In this document: positions 12,346 to 25,653 of the stretch, one piece after another
Position numbering within the stretch: position 1 is the first letter of the stretch
How the letters are laid out: every line of letters starts with the position of its first letter
NCBI GenBank assembly: GCA_051294375.1
Contig: CM119263.1
Coordinates: 30,740,053 to 30,804,052 of the forward strand
From: Paraspadella gotoi
Lineage: Eukaryota; Animalia; Chaetognatha
Length of the DNA stretch: 64,000 nt
Direction: 5' to 3'
Made by a program: the position numbers and the translations under genes
The notes under the pieces: model-generated
What the model saw: the letters and a program-made list of their open reading frames with translations, nothing else
Database searches by the model: none
Told to the model about the DNA's origin: nothing

Positions 12346-12912
12346 CCTCTTCTCTCCATTTTTTTCCTTCAACTGCTGAATACAAGACTATCCAACTCAT
12401 CGGTTCTCACTCTCCGTGGACATGCAAGGCCGCCTGCTTCCAACCGCTCATCCAAAGTGTCCAGTTGCTTCAAATTTGTTGACAACTCTGCAGATGGTTG
12501 TTAGAGGGAAATAAAACTGTCTGGCGATCCTATATCTTGACAAACCTCCTTTCCAAAGCTCAACTATTGCAGCTTTCCTTTTGGGGATCAGCTGTTTTGA
12601 AGTTTCCATGGTAAAAAAACACAAAAAAAACAAAAAACAAAGATGGATAAAAAAATTTTTTTCGCAAAAAAAAGGAAATTGTAAGACAAAATTTCAATCC
12701 TTTTTTTGATTTTAGCACAGCTTCTATAATATTTAGACTAAAAACCTCGTCATGGGCTCGGATGAAAGATATTTGTCTTGACTTTCAAATAAACCCAAAT
12801 TTTAATTAATAGGACAACAGACAAGCGAGATAGTAGGGGGTTTAAAGTTTAAACTTTTTTTTGAGCAGATCTGTATTTCCAGTTAGGCATAGCATTTTCC
12901 CTTTGCTAAAGA

Positions 12913-13916
12913 TTTTAGCCGGATCTGCTTACAGCAAATCTCAACTCTATAATTCACTTTGTCGGTACGTCGGTCCCAAAAGCTTGTCGGTGTCTTAAAT
13001 CATGTCAGAACATCTAAATATGATAAATTATGGAAAAAAACGATGTCCGTCCGTCTGTCTGTCCGTCCGTCCCCCCTTAGCTTTTAACGCCAATTACTCA
13101 TGAGTATATGGGGCGATTGACTTGAAATTTTGTATGTGGGTAGGGAAGTGTGTGATTTAGCTGGAAATTAAGTTTCGATAGAATCGTCCGAGTGAAAATG
13201 AAAAAAAACCAAATAAAATCTATTTCACTATTTGAGCGCCAATTACTCATGAGTGGATGGGGCGATTGATTTGAAATTTTGCATGTGGGTAGGAAAGTGT
13301 GTGATTAACCTGGAATTCAAGTTACGATGGAATCGTCTGAGTGGAAATGAGTTTAATGGAAAAAACAAAAAAACTGTTTCACTAATTGATTATGCTTTTT
13401 TCTCTTTTTACATTAAATGTAAATGCAAGCTAGGAAGATGGGTATCAAACTAAAGGTAAGTTCTGAAAAGAGGTAAGGAAATGGAGTCTAATAAGTCTAA
13501 AGTATAGTAAAGACGGTTATATACAAAATAAGAGGGAGAGGAAGGGAGATGTCTTGTGCCCTGATTTGTGGGTTGAGCGCGACTCAACCCAACTCCTGCT
13601 CGTCCCGGAGAGCGGAGTTGAGAGAGAAAAGTGAATCCCTTGGTCCTTGGTTGCAGGAGGGATGAGGAGGAGGGGACAACGAGGGAATGAGGAGGAGGGG
13701 ACGACGGGGATGGGGAAGAGCTGTGGCGATAAACGCCCCTCTATCTTGCGCCCCTCTTCGTAACCGAGACGTCCACATGGGCCCACAATGGCGTAGGTTG
13801 GTGTCGTCATCTGCTGGCTTGGTGGAATTACCGTCAGGGAGAGAGTTCTGGGGGCACTAAGACATAAAAACCGCTAATGATCGTGGGCAGATCCGGCATT
13901 GTTTGCTCAAACTTGT
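12913..13916 (-). mobile_element. Helentron/DINE-1-like non-autonomous element with a nested LTR-like insert (~13464-13864)
   Basis: Sub-terminal inverted motifs GCCGGATCTGC (~12917) / GCAGATCCGGC (~13888), a (GTCY)n tract at ~13044-13072, and T-rich flanks. Confidence 0.7.
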
Positions 13917-13972
13917 AAAACTCTGAATATATTTTCTAAAAAGAAGCTCATCTTCTATTTTATCTTTCTTAG

Positions 13973-14839
13973 ATGTTTGTTTTAATTCGCCTCACTGCCA
14001 GTTGTTTTGTTGGTATTGAACAATATGGGTTGGATGCGACCGATTATAATTCTGTTTTGCTTTATATTTCAATGAAGATGCTCATAAGATATGTCTTTTT
14101 GGTCTTACCTATTTATCTTTTAGAAATCTGGTGGAAAATATCTAAACGACCGATATGTATTATAATATGCCATATTTATATGTCAATAATATCTATTTTA
14201 AGATATTCTTTTTTATTACAAAACGATTATAAAATGACTAATTCTTGGATATTTTTCAGATTATCAAGATACATGAATTGCATAATTTTGTTAGAAATGT
14301 ATTCGGGTCTTCTTTTTTTGCTACTTCCCTATGTAATGTGTTCCAATGGTTTTCTGGAAAAAAAATTTAATTTTTTTAATTGTTATGATTATGACTGCAT
14401 TTTTTTTAAATTAAATTTGGATGAATGTCTAAACGGAACATGGTTCGGTCAAGTTAATGAGGTGTTTGCTCAGTTTCCTTTTGTCAATGTCGACAAATCG
14501 TCAAAAGAGCTCATCGATTTAACGAGATTCACGACGGGATTTCCTCATGTACTTTATGATCTTGCTCTTCTTTATATTTGGTCTGTAATGCGTCGTAATG
14601 GTTATGGCCCAATTTATCCTTCAAACTCATTAGAAAAGTCTTTTTTTTTGGGACACGCCCTGTTTGGTTATTTTGTATTGAGTTGGTCTATTACTGGATT
14701 AATATGTGCGTATTTTTATAATACCTCATATCAAGAAATATTATCTATAGACCATATTAGTTTGATTGAATCCTATTGTCAGATAAATGAATTTGGAGTA
14801 AGCGGAACAAAATATTTTAAAAAGTACTATTTTTTACAG
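13973..14839 (+). CDS. Multi-repeat cyclic-nucleotide-gated-family (CNGK/tetraKCNG-like) channel, internal exon: repeat A, S2-S6 with GYG filter
   Basis: Polypyrimidine TTAG acceptor at 13971-72; hydrophobic segments; pore motif WSVMRRNGYGPIYPSNSLEKSF; donor CAG|GTGAAA, phase 0. Upstream exons were not found. Confidence 0.8.
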
Positions 14840-15205
14840 GTGAAAAAATTTTTTTGTGAATGAAATTAAGTGTTTTGACTTTTATGTTTAATAACAATTA
14901 CCGGGACCTATTCACTTGGTTGGTATGTCGGTCCCACCTCAAAATTACGTCGGTAAATCACTTAGATAATCTCAGATGTCAGAACATTGAATATAATTGT
15001 AAATTACATAATCACCATAACAAAATGAATTACCACAACAACCACCACCAAAACAACTACCACCACAACAACTACGACAACAAACACCACAACAACTACC
15101 AAAACTACCATAATGACCACAATTGAATGAATGAACAAAAAATGTTGAAAAAAAATTGACGAATATGTATTTGAATAAAAACTAATTACTAAAAATTTAT
15201 TTAAA

Positions 15206-16064
15206 CAAGTTTGAGCAAACAATGTCGGATCTGCATACGTAATTAATTAATTAATTAATTAATCGATTAATTAATTAATTAATTAATTTTAATATGTAAT
15301 AATTAATTTTAAATTTATATTCAACTTATCATCATCGATGTCCTTAAAATTGGGTTAGGACAGTTATTAAATAGTGTTTGTTTACATTTTATCAAAACAA
15401 ACAAATATCCTCTATTTTATTTTATGTCTCCTTCTCTCTCTCTCTCTCTCTCTCTCTTTTTCTGCAATTGCGACGATCTTTATGCTTTTCAGATTTTTTT
15501 AAACTTGCATCATTTTTTCACATTAATTAATTAATTAATTCATTAATTAATTTAAACATTTATTAGTATAATTAATATTAAAGATTCAAGTAAATGTGAC
15601 TTATGTTTTTCCATCTAAACTCATTTCCCTCTGGCACAATTCCGAATACTTTAATATAATTATTATATATTAATAAATATTTAAAAGCTTTCAGTGCAAC
15701 ACCCAATGAACTAATTCTAAAAGTTATATTGAAAATCGATTTAGTAGTAAAAGGAAAAAAAATTTAAAGAGAACTAGAAGTTATAAAAAGTGTTCAATTT
15801 TGGCCCGCCTTACTAGATATTAGGCCTTACTAGATATATTGCATGTGATTAAACAATGTTATCGGAATAATAATTTATCAATTTTATGTATTTTGTAAGT
15901 ATTTTAAGTATTTTTATTCAGTGAGTAAAATAACAACTTTTTTATTCGCTAATTTTTATCTCGGACTCCCTCTCTTTCTATCTTTCTCTCTCTCTCTCTC
16001 ATCTTTCCTCTCTCTCTCTCTCTCTCTCTCTTGAAATTGCGACGATCCTTATGCTCATTTTACT

Positions 16065-16118
<54 letters not shown>

Positions 16119-17899
16119 TGCAATTGCGACGATCTTATGCTTTTAAGATTTTTTTTAACTTGTATCAATGTGACTTTTTTTTTTCATTTAAACTCATTTC
16201 CACTGGCACAATTCCGTCAAAACTTTATATTTAGCTTTTTCACACACTTTCTACCCGCTCACAAAATTTCATCTCAATCTATTATGGGTTAAAATAAGTA
16301 AAAAGATTCAAGTAAATGTGACTCATATTTTTTTCATTTAAACTCATTTCCACTCGTACGTTTCCACCGAAACTTTATATCAAGCATCGATACACATTTT
16401 TCTAACACACAAAAAATTTGAACTCAATCTATCCATCCAATTATGATTAATTAGAGTACTTATTGGTTAAAATAAGTAAAAAGATTTTAGTAAATGCGAC
16501 TTATGTTTTTTCCACTTAAACTCATTTCCACTCACACGATTCCGTCGAAACTTTATATCCAGCTTTATCACACACTTTCCTACCCACACACAAAATTTCA
16601 TTTCAATCCAACCAGCAATCACGAGTTTTGGAGCTTTTTGCTAAGGTGGGACGGATGGACGGATTGATTGACTGATTAATTAATTATTGATTAATTAATT
16701 GACTAATTGATTAATTAACTGATTAATTATTTGACTTATTAATACATCCTGCATATACATTTAATATAAAAGGAAAAAGAAGCATAATCAATTAGTGAAA
16801 CAGGTTTTTTGTTTTTTCCATTTAAACTCATTTCCACTCAAAAGATTCCATCGAAACTTGGTTTCCTGTTCAATCACACACTTTTCTACTCACATACAAA
16901 ATTCCAGGTGAATCGATAATTAAGTGGTAATAAAGCTATCTTGGTCAACTTGCATAATTTTAATCAACTTGCATAATTTGGTCAACTGACTAATTTGGTT
17001 AACTGACATAATTTGGTCTACTGACAAATTTGGTCAACTGACATAATTTGGTCAACTGACATAATTTGATCAATTAAGATAATTTGGTCAACCGGCATAA
17101 TTGGTTAACTGGCATAATTTTATCAACTACCTAATTTGGTCAACAGGCAATAATTTGGTCAACTTGCAAAACTTGATTAACTTGCAGAATTTGGTCAACT
17201 GGCATAATTTGGTCAATTAGCATAATTTGGTCAATCAATCAATCAATCAATCAATCAGAGAGAGAGAAGAGAGAAACTTTAAAAAATTCAAATAAATGTG
17301 TCTTTTGGTTTTCTAATTTGAATCTTTTTCCACTCCTACGATTCATCAAAAAAATTTTTATCCAGCTTTATCACATACTTTCCTACCCACACACAAAATT
17401 AAATTTCGATTTATCTATCCAATTTTTAATAAACAAAATAATATTAGAGTAAATTTAAGTAAAAATACTTCAAGTAAATATGACTTTTGTTTTTTCCATT
17501 TTAACTCATTTCCACTCGCACGATTCCATCGAAACTTTATATCCGGCTCAATCACACACTTTCCTACCATCATACAAAATTTCAAGTCAATGCACTTCCA
17601 CTCATGAGCAATTGGCGTTCAAATAGTGAAAATATATTTTTTTGTTTTTTCCATTTAAACCAATTTCCACTCGCACGATTCCCTTGAAACTTCATATCCA
17701 TCTCAATCCACACAGTTTCCTACCCACACACAAAATTTCATACCAATCCATCCATCCAATCAGGTAATTTGGAGTTTTTTGCTAAGGTGGGACGGACGGA
17801 CGGACGGACGGGCGGACGGACGAGGACGGAGACGGACGGACGGCGACGACGGACGGACGACGGACGGACGGACGGACGGACGGACGGACGGACGACGAC

Positions 17900-17930
<31 letters not shown>

Positions 17931-18089
17931 GGACGGACGGACATCATTTTTTTTGCATAATTTATCATAATTCGATGTTCTGACATGATATAAGTGTGTG
18001 CCCGACAATATTGAGGGGGGCGGACCAGACGGACCGAAAAAGTGAGTTATAGAGTCGCGGATCGTGCTGATAAGCAGATCCGACTAAAA
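15206..18089 (+). mobile_element. Helentron/DINE-1-like composite element in intron
   Basis: Left ACAAGTTTGAGCAAACAATGTCGGATCTGC, right TTATAGAGTCGCG..GCAGATCCGACTAAAAA; internal tandem AAACTCATTTCCACT sub-repeats, an 18-19-bp minisatellite (~16940-17230) and (GGAC/AGAC)n at ~17790-17942. Confidence 0.75.
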
Positions 18090-18318
18090 ATTGCTTGTAC
18101 GAATAATTATAATGCATCATGCATTACGCATATCCGGCATTGTTTGATGAAACTCGTTTTAAAATTCATTATAAAAAATCCCTTAAATTTAATTTTTGCG
18201 CTAATCGATGGTTCTTCGAAAATGGTTTATCTTTCATTAATAATTTTGTAATGTTAAATGAAAAATAGTGGTGTATTTAAAGCGATTTAGTGCAAGTTGG
18301 AGAGTCTTGTTTATATTA

Positions 18319-18988
18319 CACTCCTGTGTAAAAAAACACGCCACTTTATAACTTTAAATTCCAGATGCTTTATATATATATATATAAATTATATAAAAAA
18401 TGAAATTTTTTAAAAAAGGAATCAATGTGTTTAAATTTTTTTACAATCGGTCAAGTGGTTTAGGAGATATGATTTTTTAAACTTGAGTGTGTAGTCGGGC
18501 ATTGCCTAGGTTCACCCCGCCTATAAGCATAACGCTTTCAGTCCTGACCCGGTGGCTCATTGAGTAAAGCCGTCAGCTCATGACCACTAGGTACCGGGTT
18601 CAATCCCAACCTGGTACTTACCCTGCGGGAAGCGTTAGGACGGCCGTAAGCTGCCATGGGGGCGTGGCAACCCTTCAAGCCTGGTTCCAAGCCCATGACC
18701 CGTTCCATGGCTACTAAAGGGGGTTATAGAAGTTACGGATAGTCATCTTCAGCCCACTTAGCGCTTTATCCACAAGTGTTCCAAAACCAAACGGGAAAAT
18801 CGACTTATCTATACAGATTTTTTTAACGAGAAAAACTATAAAATGAAAAAGCTGTCATTATGGTTGTGAAAAAGCTTTTGACATTCAGATTTCTCAGACA
18901 CATACTCCAATTTTTTTTAAAAATTCAAGTATATAGGGTAATTTTTAAAGTCTGAAATAAAATGGCGCGATTTTTTTGCACATGACTG
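18319..18988. mobile_element. Tc1/mariner-type MITE hosting a solo LTR
   Basis: Imperfect TIRs CACTCCTGTGTAAAAAAAACACGCCA / TGGCGCGATTTTTTTGCACATGACTG; TA on the left flank. Confidence 0.65.
18490..18774 (+). mobile_element. Solo LTR with internal tRNA(Met)-like Pol III promoter (Helenus-type TRIM LTR)
   Basis: TGTAG..CCACA termini; perfect 4-bp TSD AGTG; A-box-like TGGCTCATTGAG at ~18553, CTCATGA anticodon-like loop, B box GGTTCAATCCC at 18597-18607. Confidence 0.85.
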
Positions 18989-19032
18989 TCTGGGAATCTT
19001 TTCATTAATTTCATTCACCATTTTTTTATTAG

Positions 19033-19648
19033 GATTCAAATAAAGATATATTATTAAAAAATGAACAGTTTAGACAAATGCCATCACGTCATAAAGAAGT
19101 GATAAGATATAATTCTTATGTTAAAGTGCTTAAATCGACAAGAATATTTAATAATATCGATAATGATTTTTTACATTGCCTGACTTATTTTTTAAAAATG
19201 AAATGTTATTTGGCCGGAGAAACGATTGTAAACTGTGGTAGTGTTCCCCCTGGCCTTTTTATTATTCGAAAGGGGGTTGTCCAAGTAATTGCTCTGTCTC
19301 CTATTAGTGAAGCAGGTATGTCTCAGCTCGAGCGAGGAGACTGTTTTGGAGAAATAAATATTTGCAAAGATTTAAGAACTCCACTTTTATTTATTGCAAA
19401 ATCTGACTGTTATTTATGGACTCTTTCAAGAGTTAATTGTATGAGAGTAACCGCCGTTATTCCGAAGATTTATCGTAAAGATTTGTTTAGGAATCATTAT
19501 GAAATTGTAAGAAGCGCAAAATATATGTTTCAGAAACCATTAAAAATAATTTCACCAACTGGTTTACCCCAAGCCATAAAAATATATTGCTCTGTTCAAC
19601 CGACCCGCTTTCCTTTGGAGTTATGTGAAGTTTTGGAAGAAATAGAAG
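19033..19648 (+). CDS. CNGK-like channel exon: C-linker and CNBD of repeat A
   Basis: TTAG acceptor, phase 0, in frame with the previous exon; LKMKCYLAGETIVNCGSVPPGLFIIRKGVVQVI..GDCFGEI is a CNBD beta-roll; probable donor AG|GTTGT, phase 1. Confidence 0.85.
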
Positions 19649-20163
19649 GTTGTGTTCAAGAATTAATATAAAAATTTATGTTAAAAATTATAATACACTA
19701 TTATACTATAAAGAAAAATCCCACTTGCACTCCCGATTTTTCAGCAATCAGTTAATTATACAGGGACTTCAATCTGGAACAATACGAAAAACCTCTTTCA
19801 CTCTATATTATTTTTATAATAATTATAAGTTAAAAAACTACTTAACATTTATGTTGATCTAAAAAAATTTTCAAAATTTTTAATAATATAATCAAGTGCG
19901 GAGCTACTTTTCTTAATTTTTTTCGTCCAAATTTTAACAATTTTTAATGCTCATTGTGAAGTTATCTGATATAAAAATAAAAAATTGTGGAGATAAAAAG
20001 TCAGTTTGGTGATTTGATACTATAAAAAATTTCTCATATGAGACCTAATTTATTTACTTATTTATGGTAACTATTATTTATCAACAAAGTCATCCTTCAA
20101 ATTTTTCCCCAATTTATATTTAATAAATTTTAAAGGAAAAAAGTGATGATTATTACCAAGTAT

Positions 20164-20873
20164 TAGGACTAAGCTCTGACGAAAAAAGCCAGAGGTTTTA
20201 TTATTTACCGGCCAATGTAGAATGATGGCAATATTGCTATTGTTAAGTTTCAAAAAAATTTGGTCATAAATATAGAAAATATTAACCAAAATCTTCAGAA
20301 AATCTACCCCTTCTTTGGAAGATTTTCGCCATAGAAGATTTTTCCCGAATCTGACTCCCGGTTGAAAACTCTTAGAATTTCAATCGTTAGCTCCTCTTTT
20401 ACTTTTACTTTAAATAAAAATTTTACCAAAATGGACTAATTCACTTTACCCTGATTGTATCATATTAAAATAACTAAAAAAAATGTAAAGAAAAATTTTG
20501 AGAGCCCTTCAGACATATGGCTATCGGATTCCTGAATTTGAAGTTTAATATAAAATAACAACATATGTTAAATGCGTTGACATTGTATTGAAGTTAAGAA
20601 ATCCATTTATTTTATATATAAAAATTGCATCAAAAATATTTTCCTGAGCAGACCAGTCCATTTGAATCTAATGGTTTGATGATTTGATGGTTATTTGTCA
20701 AGAGAAAAAAAATGCGAGCCCTTCAGATGCAACAGGATTGGAATCGAGTGTTTTACATCTATTTTTTACCGTAATTTTTCCCAGGGGCATTGACATTGTA
20801 TGGTAGTCAGATTTTAGCAAAAATCTCCATTGAAAAAGTCTTCCTGGATTTCTAAGAACGACGTAGACTCCTA
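20164..20873. mobile_element. Non-autonomous DNA transposon with 7-bp TSD and 5-bp TIR (TAGGA), hATw-like
   Basis: TSD CAAGTAT at 20157-20163 and 20874-20880; inverted sister copy at 34179-34895. Confidence 0.85.
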
Positions 20874-20961
20874 CAAGTATTATTCATATTATAATTTTTT
20901 TTATTCTGGTTCATGATACATTTACTACAATATCTTATTATTAAAAAAATAAAGCATGAAA

Positions 20962-21945
20962 AAAAATCTTAAAAGCATAAGGATCGTCGCAATCGCATAA
21001 GAAAAATCTAGATTGACGACAAATTTTGATACTAAAAAAATCAAATTTGAGAAAAGAAAATTAATTTATAAACAGAAAGAAAAAGAAAAATAACTTATTT
21101 TTGAGTTTAATTTTTAGCAAGTGCTAAGTCTGGAGAGACATTATTGAAGGTACTTTTGTTTTACTTTTAGCACGCATAAGCGAGCAGTTTGATCGAATGC
21201 GACCTCTCTAAACACTTAACATTCCCAGACACAAAGTGAAACTTGAATCAGACTGATGAAGTGAAGTAAAGACTAAAGTGAAGTAAAATGAAGTAAAGTA
21301 AAATAAAATAATAAATTAAATATAAATTGAAAAAAAATATTATTCTGATTGATATTTAGAATATTTAAAAAAAAAATCCACAAAAATCTTGGATGTAAAT
21401 TTGGGAATAAATGGCGATAATAAAAGTTTTTAGAGGGAAAAAATTAATCAGAGAGAGAGAGAGAAGCCAAATCGTTTTCAGACAAATCAGCAGCGGCAGC
21501 AGCAGAGGCACCCAGAAAAAAATAAAAAAATCAAAAAGCAGCAGCAGAAGCAGCAGGAGAAAAGAGAGAAAAAGAATAAGCCCCTGCAGAGCCAACTGCA
21601 GACTCGTTTTTTTCCCCTATGAATCAGTGACTAGGGAAAAGAGAGGGAGAGAGAAATGTAATTAAGAGAGAAAAGAGAAAGAGAGAGAAATATAAAAATA
21701 GAAGAGAAAATTTGTTTGTTTTGATAAAACAAACAAAGCATATTTAATAACTGTCCAGACTCAATTTTAAGCACATCGATGATGAGAAGCTGTATATAAA
21801 TTTTCAGCTTCATACACCCAAATTTAATCATAAAAAAGGTGATCTATAATTTGGAACGCCAACGACGACAACGACGACGACGCCACTTATGAGCAAAACC
21901 ACAGCAATATCGTCACAAACGCAAGGCGATTGCGACGATAAAAAT
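20962..21945 (+). mobile_element. Helentron-like non-autonomous element, family 2
   Basis: Sub-terminal inverted motif ATCGTCGCAATCGC / GCGATTGCGACGAT with A-rich ends; closely similar copy at ~31452-32440 and partial inverted copy at ~45520-46170. Confidence 0.75.
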
Positions 21946-22465
21946 TAAATTGTTTTAATGGGGACTGAAGGATTGATAGTAAAATCCACTTTCAAAGTAA
22001 AAATTCTGCTTCTTCAGAAATTTTCCCTTTGAAGAAAATGTTTATAACATAGTAACTATGCCAGCTAGAATGCTACAAATGGGTGGAAAAAAGTCAAATA
22101 TTTTTCTATTAGTATGAAAAATTTTATAACCCGATTTTTCTTCGTTTCAATTATATTACAAGTTTTTTTTTATCAGATTGAAGTTCCTGTAATATTAGTT
22201 TTTTAAAGGTTGGTCAAAAGAGCAAAAACTAAAATTTTATACTAGAAAATAAAAATCTTGTAGCATTTTGTAGCATTTTAGATCAACTTAATCAAAAAAT
22301 TTAAAAATTATCATTATGAGAGTGTTAAGTGAAACCAAAGTCGAAAAATGTACATAAAAAATATTTCTTTTTAATATCGCGAATTTCCTTTCGTTTCGTT
22401 GTGTTTGAATTAGTAGAAGAAGTTTGAATTTGTTTACAACAACGATTTTATTGGTACATAGGGAC

Positions 22466-22505
22466 GTACATGTTTCGGCTTTAAATTACAAGCCTTCTTC
22501 AGTGC
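22466..22505 (-). ncRNA. Minimal type I hammerhead ribozyme
   Basis: Minus strand: GCA-CTGAAGA-AGGCTT..AAGCC-GAAA-CATG-TA-CGT. Confidence 0.75.
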
Positions 22506-22678
22506 AAAGTAAAAGTAAGAGAGAGAGAGAGAGAGAGAGGGAGAGAGGGAGACAGAGAGAGGGCAAAGTTTCCAACACAGAGTTGAGAAAAGAATAGTGG
22601 TCAGATGTGAGGACAGGTTAAGGTGAAGACAGATTGAGCTAGATTGTGAAAATAAATTAAGTGGTGAAAATTTTGAGA

Positions 22679-22716
<38 letters not shown>

Positions 22717-22930
22717 AAAGAAACATTAGAAACAATACATTGTGCAATGTACAACAGAGATAAATGATTTAAACTAACAGTGAAATAAATATTTTAACAT
22801 TAAACTACTTAATAAATAATTGAGTATGAAGCAGTGAAATTGAAATGTGAAAGGAAAGGGAGAATTAAATTTGGAAGATATTAATGTGGAAAGTAAAATT
22901 TAAGAATTAAGAAAGAGCTCAAAATGAGCT

Positions 22931-23220
22931 TGTGGATAAGGCGCTACGTGGGCTGAAGATAACTGTCCGTAACTTCTATAACCCCTCTAGCAGCATGGAA
23001 CGGGTCCCTGGGCTTGGAACCAGGCTTGAGGGTTTGCCATGCCCCAAGGCGGCTTACGGCCGTCCTCACGCTTCCCACAGGGTAGGTACCGGGTAGGTAC
23101 CGGGTAGGTACCGGGTAGGTACCGGGTCATGAGCTGATGGCTTTACTCAATGAGCCACCGGGTCACAACTGAAAGTGTCATTATTCTAGGCGGAGTGAAC
23201 CTAGGCAATGCCCGACTACA
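22931..23220 (-). mobile_element. Solo LTR, second copy of the 18490 family
   Basis: TG..CA termini; perfect 4-bp TSD AGCT (22927-22930, 23221-23224); the B-box region is replaced by tandem GGGTAGGTACC repeats. A partial third copy lies at ~40045-40082. Confidence 0.85.
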
Positions 23221-23899
23221 AGCTGGCCCCCTTTGGTTGAACCAAATAAAAGTCATTGGCGCGTCAGTGGCTGAGAGGTCATATCGGTTGAGCCTGTATG
23301 TGATGGACTGGGTAGGCTTCCTTGCGGGAAGAGTCCAAAGGCTACCCTGATGTCTCTCTGGCTTGTAATTTAAAGCTGAAACATGTACATCCCTATGTAC
23401 CAATAAAATCGTTGTTGTAAACAAATTCTTTTTAATATAAATTTTTTTCTCCCATTGAATAGACAGAATAGTCATTTTGAGTTAGAACCGTTTAATTTAA
23501 GCAGGCTCTCTGTTTTAATAATTAAAAATTTCAGTTAACCTAATTTAATTCTAATTTTTGTTATTCAACAGAGAAGATATTCTTAAAACTTGATGAAAAA
23601 TATACCCCGTGTCCAATCACGTATCATTCAATCCTTTTCATTTTATTACTCTTTTAACATTTTTAAGATAATTAATTTTACAACATTAACTAATTTTTGT
23701 ACCATTATTATTAAATTGTGACTAACGCGCGTGCAGTCTCTAACCTGTTTCGTCCCTAAATCTTTCAATACCATCATTGATTGCTACATTTACTTCAGAG
23801 TAAACTTTAGCTATATATTTTGCGAGATACCCTTTAACTTAAATTATGTAATTATTGAAACACACTAAGTATAAAATACTCATATCTTGACTGACTGAC

Positions 23900-24251
23900 T
23901 TAACAATCGTACCATCACAGATGAATGAAACCCGGAAACAGAGGAAAGGATTAAGGAAGAGGATTCCGAAAGAGGAAAAAGATTCTGGAATGATTTTGAA
24001 TGGGATTTTGGAAGCCAAATCCAGAAAAGGAACAATACCTTCCGGAAGAGGAAAAGAAGGTTCCAGAAGAGGAAGATTCCGGAAGAGGAATCTGGCTTCG
24101 TCTACTTGCCCATTATAAATAGCCTCTGTTTCTGCTTTGATTCACTCTCTGAAAATTGACACTGTCAGAATAAAATTCCACTTTGGTTTCATTTTGAAAT
24201 CTTTGTCTACTTACTTAAATGTGGTGGCAGCGGTGAGATTCGAACCCACGC
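23900..24251 (+). mobile_element. LTR-like remnant followed by a 30-nt tRNA-Leu PBS
   Basis: TATAAAT 24114-24120, AATAAA 24169-24174, then TGGTGGCAGCGGTGAGATTCGAACCCACGC (24222-24251), the complement of the tRNA-Leu 3' end including CCA. 5' boundary uncertain and terminal CA not intact. Confidence 0.6.
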
Positions 24252-24523
24252 GTGATAGGGCAAGTAGTATCTTTGACTATCTTTGTGACAAGACGTCATT
24301 CTAGTTGCCATAATTTTATATTATCAGAATTCTCAAATAGCATCAACTAGACTTTTATTTAGGATATCTTATAGTATGATTTTTTTCGTTTGTAAAAATG
24401 AATACTCACGGCGCAAGAAAGGAAAGGTGGGGGAGATTCTATGAGAGAGCTTTTGTAAAAACGTTTTTCGTTTCCAAAATATTAAAAAATTAATGCTGAA
24501 ACTAGATTAAAATAAATATTCTA

Positions 24524-25653
24524 CCGTGATGGAAAAAAAAGTGTCGCGGTTTGGAAAAGCCAGTTAATTTTATTATCAAATATATTTTTTGGCTAATAAA
24601 TAAGTTTTAATAAGTAATATGACCTCCCTAAGACTGAATAGAATAAATATTTTTCAACAGCATTAAATGCATTCAAATACTCCAAAAAAGGTTGTCTTTA
24701 ACTGTTTTCACTTCTTTTTGATTAAATATTATTATTAAAATTATATCCCTGACATGATATTTAACAAGCAGTGAAAAAGATTGATCCTCTATAAAGTAAA
24801 CCAGGCCTGAGTTATTGCTGCATAATATGATAATTCATTGTCTTTCACTTCAACAAAATCTTTATTTTTTTATTTTTAGACTTGTTTGATACTTGATTCT
24901 GATAATACATCCAAGGGTAAATAAAAAGGATAACTTTGCTTACAGAAAGGTTACCTGGAACCTTATAACTTTTATTAATACTTTATAATTTAAAAATAAT
25001 ATTCTGTAACATTTACAGCATCAATATATTTTTAATATTGCTCTTTTTTTTACATATGAATTAAGATTCATCCCTGAATCTATACTAATGAAGATAATGC
25101 AATAACCATTTGACATGAGACTGAGAAAAGGCAGGGATTTTTTTTTTTTAGTATTGGTTAAACTCAAAAAATAATAAAAAAGAACCGGAAATGAATATAA
25201 ATAAAAAGTATAAATATAAAAAATATAAAGATGAAAGAAACATTTTTTTGGACAACGTATTTTTTTTACATGGAACTCCTGTATTTTTTGTCATACATAA
25301 ATGAAACACAGCTTATATGAATCACAAAAGGCTAAAGTTTCTTAATATCTAAATTTTATTTTTCGATTCTTACATTTTGTTAATAAAAAACTGAACATTA
25401 TCCTTTCTCTCAAACTCTGTGTTGGAAACTTTGCTCTGTCTCTCTCTCTCTCTTTCTTTATGCACAAAATTCTCTTCAAATTCACAAATTGAATTGGCGC
25501 TGAAGAAGACTCGTATGTGAGTCGAAACATGTCCGTTTCACTATGAAATAAAAATCGTTGTTAAATCTCTCTTCAAACTTTGTTCTAGATTCTTACATTA
25601 AAATACCAAAAAATAACTGGAAAGTAACCGCGACACTTTTTTTTCCATCATGG
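24524..25653. mobile_element. Tc1/mariner-type non-autonomous element
   Basis: TIRs CCGTGATGGAAAAAAAAGTGTCGCGGTT / AACCGCGACACTTTTTTTTCCATCATGG; TA on the left flank. Confidence 0.8.
25496..25537 (+). ncRNA. Minimal type I hammerhead ribozyme
   Basis: GGCG-CTGAAGA-AGACTC-GTATGT-GAGTC-GAAA-CATG-TC-CGTT, then AATAAAAATCGTTG. Confidence 0.8.

Larger units (their letters stand above)
11601..12873 (-). mobile_element. Degraded, internally deleted Tc1/mariner transposon
   Basis: TIRs CAGATCTG(T/C)T(T/C)AAAAAAAAGTTTAA flanked by TA. Minus strand has an N-terminal HTH (METSKQLIPKRKAAIVELWKGGLSRYRIARQF, ~12448-12609) and C-terminal remnants resembling SPDLNPIENVW..GG.T.Y (PDCNFIKNVWSRMKR..ENSGLTTY*, ~11690-11940) with frameshifts. 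Confidence 0.85.
22424..23430 (-). mobile_element. Penelope-like pLTR element with hammerhead, inverted terminal segment and nested solo LTR
   Basis: 22424-22930 has the same layout as 27020-27525 and 63420-63920; 23354-23430 is an inverted copy of ~22424-22495. Confidence 0.7.

Noticed and set aside
17738-18008. RPSV/DGRT repeat ORFs
   Set aside because: They come from the (GGAC)n microsatellite of a Helentron-like element.
21411-21665. Duplicated SR-rich small protein (also 31926-32150)
   Set aside because: Both lie inside copies of the same non-autonomous repeat and are low complexity.
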